From positions 1 through 64,000 of the IMG/VR virus record IMGVR_UViG_3300033571_005398: 64,000 nucleotides of DNA. One strand, given 5' to 3'. The notes beneath the pieces are model-generated. The model saw only the letters and a list, made by a program, of their open reading frames with translations, was not told the DNA's origin and did not search any database. This DNA is from an uncultured virus (IMG/VR IMGVR_UViG_3300033571_005398). Lineage: Duplodnaviria > Heunggongvirae > Uroviricota > Caudoviricetes. Below, piece by piece: positions 7,911 through 16,749 of this stretch. A program made the translations under genes and the position numbers. Every line of letters begins with the position of its first letter. Position 1 is the first letter of the stretch.

Positions 7911-8392
7911 TCGAAGGGGAGACTTTCTGTACGGGTTAGACGCAGGTCTTGTGTACGAACCGCGTTTTGTTTGTCTATGGCCGCCTGCACCTCATCCCAT
8001 GAGCGTACCCGCTTTGGAGCGTCTGGACGGAACTCTGGGCGAGAGTACTCCGGTGCACCAAACAGCACCGAAGGAATGCCTTGCTCAAACGCAAAGACCC
8101 ACATGCTGGGGTTACCTGTTATGAACAGTTCGACAGGGCCTCGAGCCCGAGCAAAGATTAGTTGACGTTTAGCCAAAGGCTCGTCTACAAGACCAACAGA
8201 CCTGTCGATGATGTTGTCAAAGTCCACAATTTTGTGTGTGTCTAACCAACGAATAGCCTCATCCTCAGCAGATGAAGTCATATATGTAAGCCTGTTGTAC
8301 GCCGTAAGCGTGGAGGCCATAATGACTCCTGCAGGAATCGGTTTGTCTTCTTGGTTTTTTAGCACGGTATCAAGTTCTACAAGTATGTACAT
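7907..8392 (-). CDS. HAD-fold-like protein with degenerate motif I
   Basis: ILVELDTVL, LTYMTS, K, VELFITGNP. Confidence 0.45.
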   Translation of the reverse strand: MYILVELDTVLKNQEDKPIPAGVIMASTLTAYNRLTYMTSSAEDEAIRWLDTHKIVDFDNIIDRSVGLVDEPLAKRQLIFARARGPVELFITGNPSMWVFAFEQGIPSVLFGAPEYSRPEFRPDAPKRVRSWDEVQAAIDKQNAVRTQDLRLTRTESLPFE

Positions 8393-8406
8393 TTAGTTCT
8401 CCGAAG

Positions 8407-9294
8407 TTAGTTTCTCCCGTATAAAGCAGCGCGTCGAATAAGTGTGTCCGCGGTGGGGAGTTCTACCCCATAAGTAGAAGCCTCTTGTTTTGTTTTTAGA
8501 GTGTCGCTGTACTCTCTAATCTGCCTAAGTTTTTGTATAGTACCAAGACGCTTTCCGGCCTGCCAGCGATAGTTGTTGAAATCCGAGTACCCTTCTCCGC
8601 TACCAGAGAAAGCAAGGTTTCTGTTTGCGTGAATCTCATCGAACAATGCGTTGCCCTGTTGAAGCGCTGCCAGTAAACGTGCTTCGGCGTTGCGTCGATG
8701 CGCATCGCTTTGAGAATACTTGATGTCTTGCGTAGCCTGCGCAAACCTAAGGCCTATTTGTTTAGCCATAGTCGCATCCGACTCGGCAGAGTGTTCCCAA
8801 TCGGCATCTTCCGGAGCACTGGCCATTGGGTTAGGTGTGACTGTCCACTCGTTATACGTCAAGTCGTATGCAGCATACGGCTTTATTGTACGGATGTCTG
8901 TTGCACCGGGGTTGACGTAAAACGTCAGCTCGTAGCCATTCCAGTCTTCTGTACCGGGCTGGAGGTCAGAGCGAAAGCCTTCATTTATCTGCTGGCTAAT
9001 CTCGGTGTCGGAAAGCCCTGCAAACTCAGGGTTTGCTTTACGAAACTGGATGTAGTCAACCCCCACTAGACAATCTAAGTCTCCGGGAGAGCGAGCGGCC
9101 GACCATTGGTAAGACACACCCGACCCGGCAAGCCATGCGTGTGCCCACAACTCTGGGTGTCGGTAGTACCTGTTTAGAAAGTCGTACAGCAACGACAAAA
9201 TACCTTGACGAACCCACGACTTTATCGTTCGGCCCTCAAAGAGGGTGGGGTCAAGGCTAGTTGCTGGCTTACTAAAATACGACGTTTCGTACAT
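8407..9294 (-). CDS. Pol-beta superfamily nucleotidyltransferase
   Basis: LAGSG...GDLDCLV, distal GYELTFYV. Confidence 0.75.
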   Translation of the reverse strand: MYETSYFSKPATSLDPTLFEGRTIKSWVRQGILSLLYDFLNRYYRHPELWAHAWLAGSGVSYQWSAARSPGDLDCLVGVDYIQFRKANPEFAGLSDTEISQQINEGFRSDLQPGTEDWNGYELTFYVNPGATDIRTIKPYAAYDLTYNEWTVTPNPMASAPEDADWEHSAESDATMAKQIGLRFAQATQDIKYSQSDAHRRNAEARLLAALQQGNALFDEIHANRNLAFSGSGEGYSDFNNYRWQAGKRLGTIQKLRQIREYSDTLKTKQEASTYGVELPTADTLIRRAALYGRN

Positions 9295-9338
9295 GTAACC
9301 AGTCTACTTGGTGTACGCCCGTTATCTCTGGGCTAATA

Positions 9339-9626
9339 CTAGACGGTCTCTGACGGCTCGATGCCTCGTTTGTTCAAAGCGTCCTTCACCATGTCCGCGG
9401 GAGTAGCAACTGGTTTTGGGGCAAGTGCAAAGAGCATCTGCTCAACTCGCTCAATAATAAGTTGACGTTCAAGGTCACTGACGAGTTTGCGAGAGGCGTC
9501 TATGATGTCAAAGATGTTTGCTTCTCGTTCAATCTCTGACTCTTTTCCTTCCGGAATGTTGGGGTCTACAGAAGCAGACCCATCTACATTCATGGACACT
9601 GTGAACTGGAATCGAGTATTAGGCAC
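9339..9626 (-). CDS. hypothetical protein
   Basis: 95 aa, coupled to upstream gene. Confidence 0.65.
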   Translation of the reverse strand: MPNTRFQFTVSMNVDGSASVDPNIPEGKESEIEREANIFDIIDASRKLVSDLERQLIIERVEQMLFALAPKPVATPADMVKDALNKRGIEPSETV

Positions 9627-10182
9627 TGTACAACCCTTTCGCCATACGCTTGTTGCTGGTTACGATGCTGTGCATAGGACAGAAGTTGCACAGATAAATC
9701 TTTGGGCCGGGGGCGTTCTCTGGGCTTTCAATACCCACGTCAGCACGTTCTTTTGCCGTGTTTGGCAGCAGGCGCTTCTCGGGAGTGCCATAATCAGGAC
9801 AGCCTACTTGCGGTCGGTTATGCCGTTCGTAGCACGTCATGGCGTCTTCGGCAAACTGGCTCTTGGTGGCGTAGTAGTTTCCCTCGGGGGAAAGCGCATC
9901 AAGACCGGCAGAAGCCCCTCCACGCAGTTGCTGGATGATTTCCTTACGAGAGCTTTCATTTGCCCATGTTTTTACCGGAAGAAGAAAGAGCTTACCCTTG
10001 TGCGGCTCTCCTGACGGGAATACGTGCTTCTCAACAGAAATTTGTAGCAAGTAGTCTTGGTCGCTTGGACCGTTGTACGACGGAAGTTCCTCAATAGAGT
10101 TGCATACAAAACACATCAACAACCGAATAACTGGCCCATCGTGCTCAAACTCGCGTTTACCGATAAGGGGTGCGTCCGCCAT
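9619..10182 (-). CDS. Cys-rich hypothetical protein
   Basis: CFVC, CYERH..C, CNFCP; AAGGA SD. Confidence 0.7.
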   Translation of the reverse strand: MADAPLIGKREFEHDGPVIRLLMCFVCNSIEELPSYNGPSDQDYLLQISVEKHVFPSGEPHKGKLFLLPVKTWANESSRKEIIQQLRGGASAGLDALSPEGNYYATKSQFAEDAMTCYERHNRPQVGCPDYGTPEKRLLPNTAKERADVGIESPENAPGPKIYLCNFCPMHSIVTSNKRMAKGLYSA

Positions 10183-10196
10183 TTGTTGTCCTTTTG

Positions 10197-10757
10197 TTAG
10201 CGAGCAATTTCGTGGTATTCGTAGGGTACGTTGTTGTAAAACACATGCTGAACAAACTCTTCAGGAATGGCCACAGCATCTCGGCTGAAAGCAACGTCAC
10301 ACCATGAACAGTATAGTGAATTACGCAGAGTATTCACTGCATACAGCCACCGTTTGGCACGGCTTGTTTTTCGGCCAAGGTACCCTATCAGCAGGGTTAG
10401 TCCAAAAGCCAGTATCCCCGAGACAAAAAACGCTGAAGGGAATACTGTAATTAAGCCGGTTACCCAAGAGTCAGAAAATGGAATGGCTTCTACAAAAATC
10501 CAAACAAAGAGTATGACCAGCCACCACCCAAGCAGCTTCCATGGAGTTGGATTACCGGGGACTGCGGGGTGAGCAAACCGTTGGGCAAGTCCCGAAACGT
10601 TTGTGGAGTTGTACGCCGTAAACGCCATCCCATTTTGGGCTCCCAACATATACGTGTAGCCTTGCCCTCGAGTGTTGGTGGTTCCAGCGTCTAGTATTGT
10701 GCCAATAAACTGTAAGCCGTCTTGGCGATTGCATAAATAGCAATTTGGAACGTGCAT
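10197..10757 (-). CDS. membrane protein with Zn-ribbon motifs
   Basis: CYLC and CSWC flanking two hydrophobic segments; has its own promoter. Confidence 0.7.
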   Translation of the reverse strand: MHVPNCYLCNRQDGLQFIGTILDAGTTNTRGQGYTYMLGAQNGMAFTAYNSTNVSGLAQRFAHPAVPGNPTPWKLLGWWLVILFVWIFVEAIPFSDSWVTGLITVFPSAFFVSGILAFGLTLLIGYLGRKTSRAKRWLYAVNTLRNSLYCSWCDVAFSRDAVAIPEEFVQHVFYNNVPYEYHEIAR

Positions 10758-10796
10758 GTTTTCCCTCTTTCTTAGCTAGCCGAAGCCAGTAAAGAA

Positions 10797-10825
10797 AGAC
10801 TACCGCCTTAGACGCGGGAGCGCAA
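10797..10825 (-). promoter_or_regulatory. sigma70/SigA-like promoter
   Basis: TTGCGC-N17-TAGTCT upstream of 10757. Confidence 0.55.
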
Positions 10826-10830
10826 GTACC

Positions 10831-11037
10831 TTACTTGCCGGGAATTACAGGATTTGGGTACTCAGAAGTGGCAAACCCGTAGCCGTAGAAAGGGTGGAGG
10901 GTCTGCTTGTTGTCGAGGGTTTCTTCTGAACTAACTCCGGGGATTACCTCGGTGTCGGGGCGAGCCTTGCGGTACTTACCGTCGGTGGCGCCCTCATTGA
11001 GGCCCTGATTCATTGAGCGAGAGGTGTTGACTGCCAT
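10831..11037 (-). CDS. hypothetical protein
   Basis: AGGAG SD. Confidence 0.7.
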   Translation of the reverse strand: MAVNTSRSMNQGLNEGATDGKYRKARPDTEVIPGVSSEETLDNKQTLHPFYGYGFATSEYPNPVIPGK

Positions 11038-11101
11038 TGTTTTCTCCTAAAACGATACTTCTAGTATTGCAGTTGGTAGGTAGTTGCGCACGCTTAGCGT
11101 G

Positions 11102-11689
11102 TTAGTCGCTTTCTAGGTAAGCCTTGATTGTGCTGTCTAAGATTTTGGTGGGTGGAGTTGGGAACCCTCGTTCGAGGTGACCACGACGGCGAGTATCGGC
11201 GGCACCCTTCTGTATTGTACGTATAGCTGCACGTACACCAACCCCCGCAGCAACCATTCCCGGAATAGCCTCATTGCGTTGCCCATTTACGTGGAACCGT
11301 GCGGATTCGTGCAAGTGCTCTAGTGACCTATTCAAAGCAGTCTCTACACCGTTACGCTCAGACTCGTCTGAAACAAGAGCAGAATTTGCGGAATGCAGTG
11401 CGCTAATTAAGTTTGACATAACGGTGTGGTGAGGAGGCAGGTTAGGCGTGCTAAGGGTAACCGCCTCTGGCGATGCGCCGGGAGTTGCGTAGTACAGCTG
11501 GTCAGAACTTTCTTCCTGAACAGGCGTGTACGTTGTTGGGTTTTCTGGGTCACTGGTCTGCGTAGCAACAACTTTGCGTCGAGTGACATCAGTGTCTCCG
11601 ATGTCAGCGCCAATTGTAGGCGTGGCTTTAGGAAGCCCAGCCTGTGGACTGGCGGCACGACGTGCCTTTCGAGCGTCTGATGATGGCAT
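11102..11689 (-). CDS. hypothetical protein
   Basis: 195 aa in operon. Confidence 0.65.
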   Translation of the reverse strand: MPSSDARKARRAASPQAGLPKATPTIGADIGDTDVTRRKVVATQTSDPENPTTYTPVQEESSDQLYYATPGASPEAVTLSTPNLPPHHTVMSNLISALHSANSALVSDESERNGVETALNRSLEHLHESARFHVNGQRNEAIPGMVAAGVGVRAAIRTIQKGAADTRRRGHLERGFPTPPTKILDSTIKAYLESD

Positions 11690-11691
11690 GC

Positions 11692-12069
11692 TTAACCCTT
11701 TTCTACGTGAACAACTTTGCCGTTTACAAGAATCCTCTTTGAAATTTTCGGACCAACTTGAGTTCGACGGTAGTGTGCCGCCGCGGCGCGTTCATTGTTG
11801 TGTACCTTAACGGTTTTCCAACCCTTGTCTTCTTTATTTACTTGAATCTCGTACTTGTCCGGAACTTCTTCAATTGCATTTGGGTTTTTAGCAACAGTCT
11901 TACGAAATTGACGTCCTAAAAAAGTCTGGTCTTTTAGGGCACGTTCAGCGGGGGTCATTGCGCCAGAGCGAGCAGCTGCTCTGCCAGACCGTACGGTCGT
12001 TGTAATCTCTTCCTGAGTTTGTGCCGAAGCAGGCTCACCAGTCAGGGGTGGTTTCGGAGTCTTTTCCAT
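11692..12069 (-). CDS. basic hypothetical protein
   Basis: TGATG coupling. Confidence 0.65.
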   Translation of the reverse strand: MEKTPKPPLTGEPASAQTQEEITTTVRSGRAAARSGAMTPAERALKDQTFLGRQFRKTVAKNPNAIEEVPDKYEIQVNKEDKGWKTVKVHNNERAAAAHYRRTQVGPKISKRILVNGKVVHVEKG

Positions 12070-12269
12070 CAGGCCAATCGTTTCCGAACCCGCATGGCCA
12101 TACGGTCAGCGTGACAAACCGTACACAATCCCTTGCTGTACATGTACTCCACAGGGTTCATAACTACACCGCACTGCGGGCAGGGTGCAGACCCCCTGTA
12201 AACCATTGCATTTTGCGCAATTGTACGAGCCTGCAACTCCATAGTGTACGCGCCGTCGCCGTCGTCCAT
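12069..12269 (-). CDS. small Zn-finger protein
   Basis: CPQC...CTVC; TAATG coupling at 12269. Confidence 0.65.
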   Translation of the reverse strand: MDDGDGAYTMELQARTIAQNAMVYRGSAPCPQCGVVMNPVEYMYSKGLCTVCHADRMAMRVRKRLA

Positions 12270-12661
12270 TAGTTTCCTTCCAAACTGTTGCGGGAAGAAC
12301 CGGAGTAGCTTCCAACGCCCCCCGAGTACCATGATACGCGAGGCTCGGTGTACACACGGTCGATACTTACAACGTCTTCAATGTCGGGTTGAGTACGGGG
12401 CCCGTATCCAAAACGGTCGGGAAACAATCGCAACTGGGGCAGATTAGGTCGAACAATGTCTTGAATGGTAATTCCCGGTAGGGTTGCAACCACCAAAGCC
12501 TGCTGAGTTAGCCGTTCTTCGTTGGATGCCCAAGGGCCAAGGTACGACCAAGACTTTTCTGCCGAAGTTGGGGCATAACGATTAGTGGCGTTTGCACCAC
12601 TATCGCCCGGACCTGCCCACGGCTTAGTCTGGTCGTAGTTTCCATCGAATCTAGTCGTCAC
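12269..12661 (-). CDS. hypothetical protein
   Basis: coupled ORF, 130 aa. Confidence 0.65.
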   Translation of the reverse strand: MTTRFDGNYDQTKPWAGPGDSGANATNRYAPTSAEKSWSYLGPWASNEERLTQQALVVATLPGITIQDIVRPNLPQLRLFPDRFGYGPRTQPDIEDVVSIDRVYTEPRVSWYSGGVGSYSGSSRNSLEGN

Positions 12662-13590
12662 TGTGTCGGCTTTCTATAGCGAACTCCGGGACGGACTTTG
12701 GGGTAATAGCTTTCAAAGTTGGGGTGGTGTGGCGGAGGTGAGCCTAAAACATTGTTAGTCAATGTCTTCTTTGCGTACCAAATGGTGGACTGGGCTTCAT
12801 TAGGGTTAAGGCCGTGTTCGTTTGCTACGTTTCGTACAGCCTCTGCCATAAAGTGGTATACATTTTTATGCTGAAGTCCGGGGGCACCTCCACCCCCTGT
12901 ATTGACTCGCCCAAGGGATGGGTTGTTCTCAACCTTCCACGGACGCACCCAACCGGTCATTCCGTGGTGCATGTGGGTATCTACAGTAATTGAATCACCA
13001 GAAGGGTTATGGATGCTTCGCATGAAGTTACCCTCCTTCAAGTCTCCAAGAACTTCTTGAGGGTCTTCACCAGCCAAAATCCTGTGAGCGTTTGCAATTC
13101 GGCTGCGTTCTACACCCTTAAGCTGAGACGGCTTGATAACAACCCCTGCTTCGTAAGCAGACAAAAACTTCTCTGCATTTGCCTTATTCTTTTCCCATTC
13201 ACCACCACCACCAGACATCGAGGCGATGATTCCCGAAGCCTGTTCGTGAGAGATGCGGTAACGGTGAGACAACTCGTGAGCGTAATCATGGGCATGCACA
13301 TAAAACTGGCTCCACTCCCGGGTTTTTCCCCGAGAAGAAGCGTAATCCATGAGCGCGTTTGTATTCCCTATCATGGTGTCAAACTGACGGCTTAGGTCTA
13401 GAGTCCTACGTCCATGGGGTAGCAAGTACAGCCCAGCTTGCTTAGGGGGAATGGTGTTAGTCGTGCTGGTATTCCCAAAATTAACTGCTTCAATTCCAGC
13501 GTTATGCAAAACCTGTTGGCTAATATCTCCGTTAGAGATACGTAACACAGCGCTGTTCTTCTGACGACCCGCAACAAACCGCTCGGCCAT
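12658..13590 (-). CDS. HhH DNA-glycosylase-like phage protein
   Basis: FY..AH...IIASMS...W..N...K..NF..SI...ITVDTH...Y...AEA...AQSTIW pattern. Confidence 0.5.
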   Translation of the reverse strand: MAERFVAGRQKNSAVLRISNGDISQQVLHNAGIEAVNFGNTSTTNTIPPKQAGLYLLPHGRRTLDLSRQFDTMIGNTNALMDYASSRGKTREWSQFYVHAHDYAHELSHRYRISHEQASGIIASMSGGGGEWEKNKANAEKFLSAYEAGVVIKPSQLKGVERSRIANAHRILAGEDPQEVLGDLKEGNFMRSIHNPSGDSITVDTHMHHGMTGWVRPWKVENNPSLGRVNTGGGGAPGLQHKNVYHFMAEAVRNVANEHGLNPNEAQSTIWYAKKTLTNNVLGSPPPHHPNFESYYPKVRPGVRYRKPTQ

Positions 13591-13591
13591 G

Positions 13592-14125
13592 TTATCTCCA
13601 AACCGGTTTGAGATAGTTCAGCATATCCGCGCGGCGGACGTTGATTGTTCCCGGTTCTCCGGCTCGCGTGTTGGCTTTTCCGTCGTTAACAAGGTGCGGT
13701 GCAGGAGTAAGTCGAATATCTTGCGTAAATCGAGGAATCTGGTAAGACATGACGCCATTAACCCGAACAGGTTTTGCCTTCATTTGGCGACGGATTCCGT
13801 CCTCTGCACCAAACTCTGGTGCCCAAAAGTATGACGAGGGTTCAATCCGCTCACCCTTGTGTACACCACGTTGGTACGACTTTTGGTTGACACGGTTTTT
13901 AATGCTGTCAAGAATGCGGTCATCACGGCGCGAGCGGATGGTGCCAAGATAACCGTCGGGGTATTCGGCCGAGGGAACGCGGCCGGTACCAATGCGAACG
14001 GCGTCTAGGTCTGAACGCGCAATCGGCGTACCAGAGCCACCTTGGTTGTTGTACCCGTTCAGTCCCCCGGCACCGATTGACTGCCAGTTTTGGGACGGGG
14101 ACATGTTATTAAATCCACCGGCCAT
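13592..14125 (-). CDS. hypothetical protein
   Basis: 177 aa; EYPDGYLGT. Confidence 0.7.
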   Translation of the reverse strand: MAGGFNNMSPSQNWQSIGAGGLNGYNNQGGSGTPIARSDLDAVRIGTGRVPSAEYPDGYLGTIRSRRDDRILDSIKNRVNQKSYQRGVHKGERIEPSSYFWAPEFGAEDGIRRQMKAKPVRVNGVMSYQIPRFTQDIRLTPAPHLVNDGKANTRAGEPGTINVRRADMLNYLKPVWR

Positions 14126-14604
14126 TAGCTGTCCTTCGAGTAATCTACGGGAATATCACGTTCGTTTTTTACATCATAAATAGCGTCTTCACGACGAGTA
14201 CGGGCAACCCCCATAGCTTGACCCATATCCTCGTATTTACGAGAAGCGTCGAAGACTACGTTTCCTCTTTCGTTATTCCATGCTCCAAGGTAAACCTCTC
14301 CGGAGTTTCCAACAGAAGTCTTTACTCGATGCAACTGGTTAACAATATCGCTCAAAGGAGGTTCATTTGAACCTGCGATAGGGGGCAACTCTGCTGGGGC
14401 TACACCCTCTTCGCCACCAACCATGTACACAGGCTCATTCTTTTTAAGGAACTCGTTTGTCTTCAGATTGATTGAAGCTCCGCCGGTATTGCGAATGGCA
14501 GCACCAAACGCAACGGCGCTGATAACGGGGTTGCCCAAAAACTTTGTTTGTTTATCTGAGTCTGAGAGTGCCTTGTCCCAGATTGCGGCAGAAAGGCGGG
14601 TCAT
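14125..14604 (-). CDS. hypothetical protein, possibly SAM-lyase-like fold
   Basis: YLGAWN...VFDAS...QAMGVARTRREDAIYD. Confidence 0.55.
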   Translation of the reverse strand: MTRLSAAIWDKALSDSDKQTKFLGNPVISAVAFGAAIRNTGGASINLKTNEFLKKNEPVYMVGGEEGVAPAELPPIAGSNEPPLSDIVNQLHRVKTSVGNSGEVYLGAWNNERGNVVFDASRKYEDMGQAMGVARTRREDAIYDVKNERDIPVDYSKDS

Positions 14605-14652
14605 ATATCCATGTTCCCGTATAGAACATGTAATATCCCAGTAAACTGGCGG

Positions 14653-14856
14653 TTAGTTAGCGCCAATCAATGCCGTGTTACCGTAGTCATCTCGCTGGTA
14701 AACCAACGTACTTCCATCTGGAAAGTCATGCACTGTATCCAACGTAAGCATGAGCTTTCCTCCGGAAACCGAGGCAGAAAGAATCCGCGTTCCTTCAGGA
14801 AGGTCAAGCATATACTCTGCGGTAGGAATGTCTACTCCTACAGTTTTCTTATTCAT
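14653..14856 (-). CDS. hypothetical protein
   Basis: 67 aa, overlaps upstream stop. Confidence 0.6.
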   Translation of the reverse strand: MNKKTVGVDIPTAEYMLDLPEGTRILSASVSGGKLMLTLDTVHDFPDGSTLVYQRDDYGNTALIGAN

Positions 14857-15640
14857 TTACTGGTCCAAATGCCCTCTCGTGTGCCCGCTTGGCCTGCGCA
14901 AATGCTGTTTCAAAAACAGTACGACGACCAATCGGAGTGATTAATTGCGTTGAAGGCAATGTTATCACTTTGTTTGGGGCATACGCACCTCGGGTCAATC
15001 CACCATAATTGTTTGTTGAATTCTGGCCACGAGTTTCAACGGCCATGGCTTGACGCGCCAATGGTCCGTACATAGCGTAGTGGCTTCGAAAAGCGGCCTC
15101 TTCACCGTGAGCGTCAAACCCTCTACCTATTGCTGCGTGCCCAAACACGTCGTGCACACCACGAAACATGTCATTCTCATCGTCTGTAAAATACGGATGC
15201 GAACCTGTTGTACGGGTAGAAAGCACTTTAATACGGTTGTTTTCCGAAACGTCCCGCATCATTGCCGCGGGGTCCGGTGCGTCGTACTCAGAGTCTGGGT
15301 GAATAGACGGTTTGGTGTACGGGTCAGTAGCAGACACTTCAAACGACATCCCCATTCCACCGCGATTACGGGGACGAGTCATGTAGTCAAATTGATGTTT
15401 TGTCTCTTCAGCCATTGCACGGAAGTGTGGCTCGGCTGCCGGGTCGTATTCCGGTGCGGTAAGATAGTCTTGGGCAATGCGTCGAGCTTGAGGTTCGTTA
15501 ACAAGAACATTGTCAAACCGGTTAGGTCGTACCAAGCCTATCTGTCGCGCGTACTCAGCGGCTCCCTGCGCTGCATTTGGAGCCGAGGCATCCCGTCCTA
15601 CAGAGGCGCCTTCTTGAAGGTCACGAACGTTCCGGGCCAT
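14849..15640 (-). CDS. zincin-like HDxxGH domain protein
   Basis: FRGVHDVFGH...GEEAA..SH...ETRGQNS. Confidence 0.55.
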   Translation of the reverse strand: MARNVRDLQEGASVGRDASAPNAAQGAAEYARQIGLVRPNRFDNVLVNEPQARRIAQDYLTAPEYDPAAEPHFRAMAEETKHQFDYMTRPRNRGGMGMSFEVSATDPYTKPSIHPDSEYDAPDPAAMMRDVSENNRIKVLSTRTTGSHPYFTDDENDMFRGVHDVFGHAAIGRGFDAHGEEAAFRSHYAMYGPLARQAMAVETRGQNSTNNYGGLTRGAYAPNKVITLPSTQLITPIGRRTVFETAFAQAKRAHERAFGPVNE

Positions 15641-15642
15641 CG

Positions 15643-15936
15643 TTATACCGGCGGACGCGGTGTGGCCGCGGGGTTGTCAAACGAAACGCTCCAACCCTTG
15701 TTCCAAGCGCCCTGACCGACAACGTGGCTTGGATTACGGGCTTTCCACGCAGTCATGGAACCCATTGACGTGTTGGTGGCTGAGGAGTGAGAGGCAAACG
15801 ACGTGGCATCTTTAGCCGCACGGTCATCAAAGTTGTTTTCGTGCATGCCTTTAATGCCGTAGTTGCTTGGAGGACCGGCTGTCCCCAAGTACTTCCCAGC
15901 ACCAAACGCAGCAGAAGACAAGTTGCCTACTGACAT
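15643..15936 (-). CDS. hypothetical protein
   Basis: AAGGGG SD; Ser/Gly-rich. Confidence 0.6.
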   Translation of the reverse strand: MSVGNLSSAAFGAGKYLGTAGPPSNYGIKGMHENNFDDRAAKDATSFASHSSATNTSMGSMTAWKARNPSHVVGQGAWNKGWSVSFDNPAATPRPPV

Positions 15937-15947
15937 GGCTTTGCCCC

Positions 15948-16361
15948 TTAGTAGCTCTGTTGCATACCCGAATCGAAGTTCGGGTTAACGCGGCCCTGAA
16001 TCGAGGGGACAATGCGAGCAGAAGCCATCGTGGCACCTGCAGCAGGGTCAATGGATACGCCCATCTTTGCAGTAACGCGATAGGTAGCACCAAGGCGCTC
16101 AATGTTTACGCGGTTCTGCTTTGAACCGGGGTCTGATGGGTCAGCGGCCTGCGTGTTGTTCCGGGGCATCATAGTGCCCTGAAACTCGGGCGTGGCTCCA
16201 ACGGGGACGCGAGCGCTGCCCATGTATGCGGACTGCTCCATTGCCTCGTCAGAGGTCATGTGATTACGTTCTGCCATTTCGTGACCTGCCGATTCGTGGT
16301 GGTTTGATGGCGCACTCATGCGGCGGCGCATACCGTGACCCATGTCGGACCAATTTGCCAT
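15948..16361 (-). CDS. hypothetical protein
   Basis: AAGGAG SD. Confidence 0.7.
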   Translation of the reverse strand: MANWSDMGHGMRRRMSAPSNHHESAGHEMAERNHMTSDEAMEQSAYMGSARVPVGATPEFQGTMMPRNNTQAADPSDPGSKQNRVNIERLGATYRVTAKMGVSIDPAAGATMASARIVPSIQGRVNPNFDSGMQQSY

Positions 16362-16399
16362 GAGAACTCCTTAGCTCTTATATCAAGAGTAGAGGTTAT

Positions 16400-16693
16400 T
16401 TAACTCGCTGTAACGGCAAAAACAATTGCAGAAATATCGCCATCTCGAGACGAGATTGTTGCAAACCCCGGCTTACACGTGAGGTCTAGGCCACGAGGGG
16501 CTACGTACCCGCGAGCAATGGCGATGGCCTTAACAGCCTGATTTACAGCGCCTGCACCTACGGCCCTAACCTTTACGGCGTGAGTGTCGTAGATTGCGTG
16601 AGCGATTGCTGATGCCACGTTTTGGGGATTGGAGCCTGCACTCACTCGGAGAAACGGCTCTTCTGACGAATTAATAACGATGTCTTCTGACAC
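16400..16693 (-). CDS. spoVS: SpoVS family (Alba-fold) protein
   Basis: LRVSAGSNP..VASAIA...RAVGAGAVNQAVKAIAIARG...CKPGF. Confidence 0.9.
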   Translation of the reverse strand: MSEDIVINSSEEPFLRVSAGSNPQNVASAIAHAIYDTHAVKVRAVGAGAVNQAVKAIAIARGYVAPRGLDLTCKPGFATISSRDGDISAIVFAVTAS

Positions 16694-16749
16694 GGGTAGT
16701 GTTCCTTAATATTAGCGATGCCCGTCCTCATACTCAGGGTACAGAAGTC

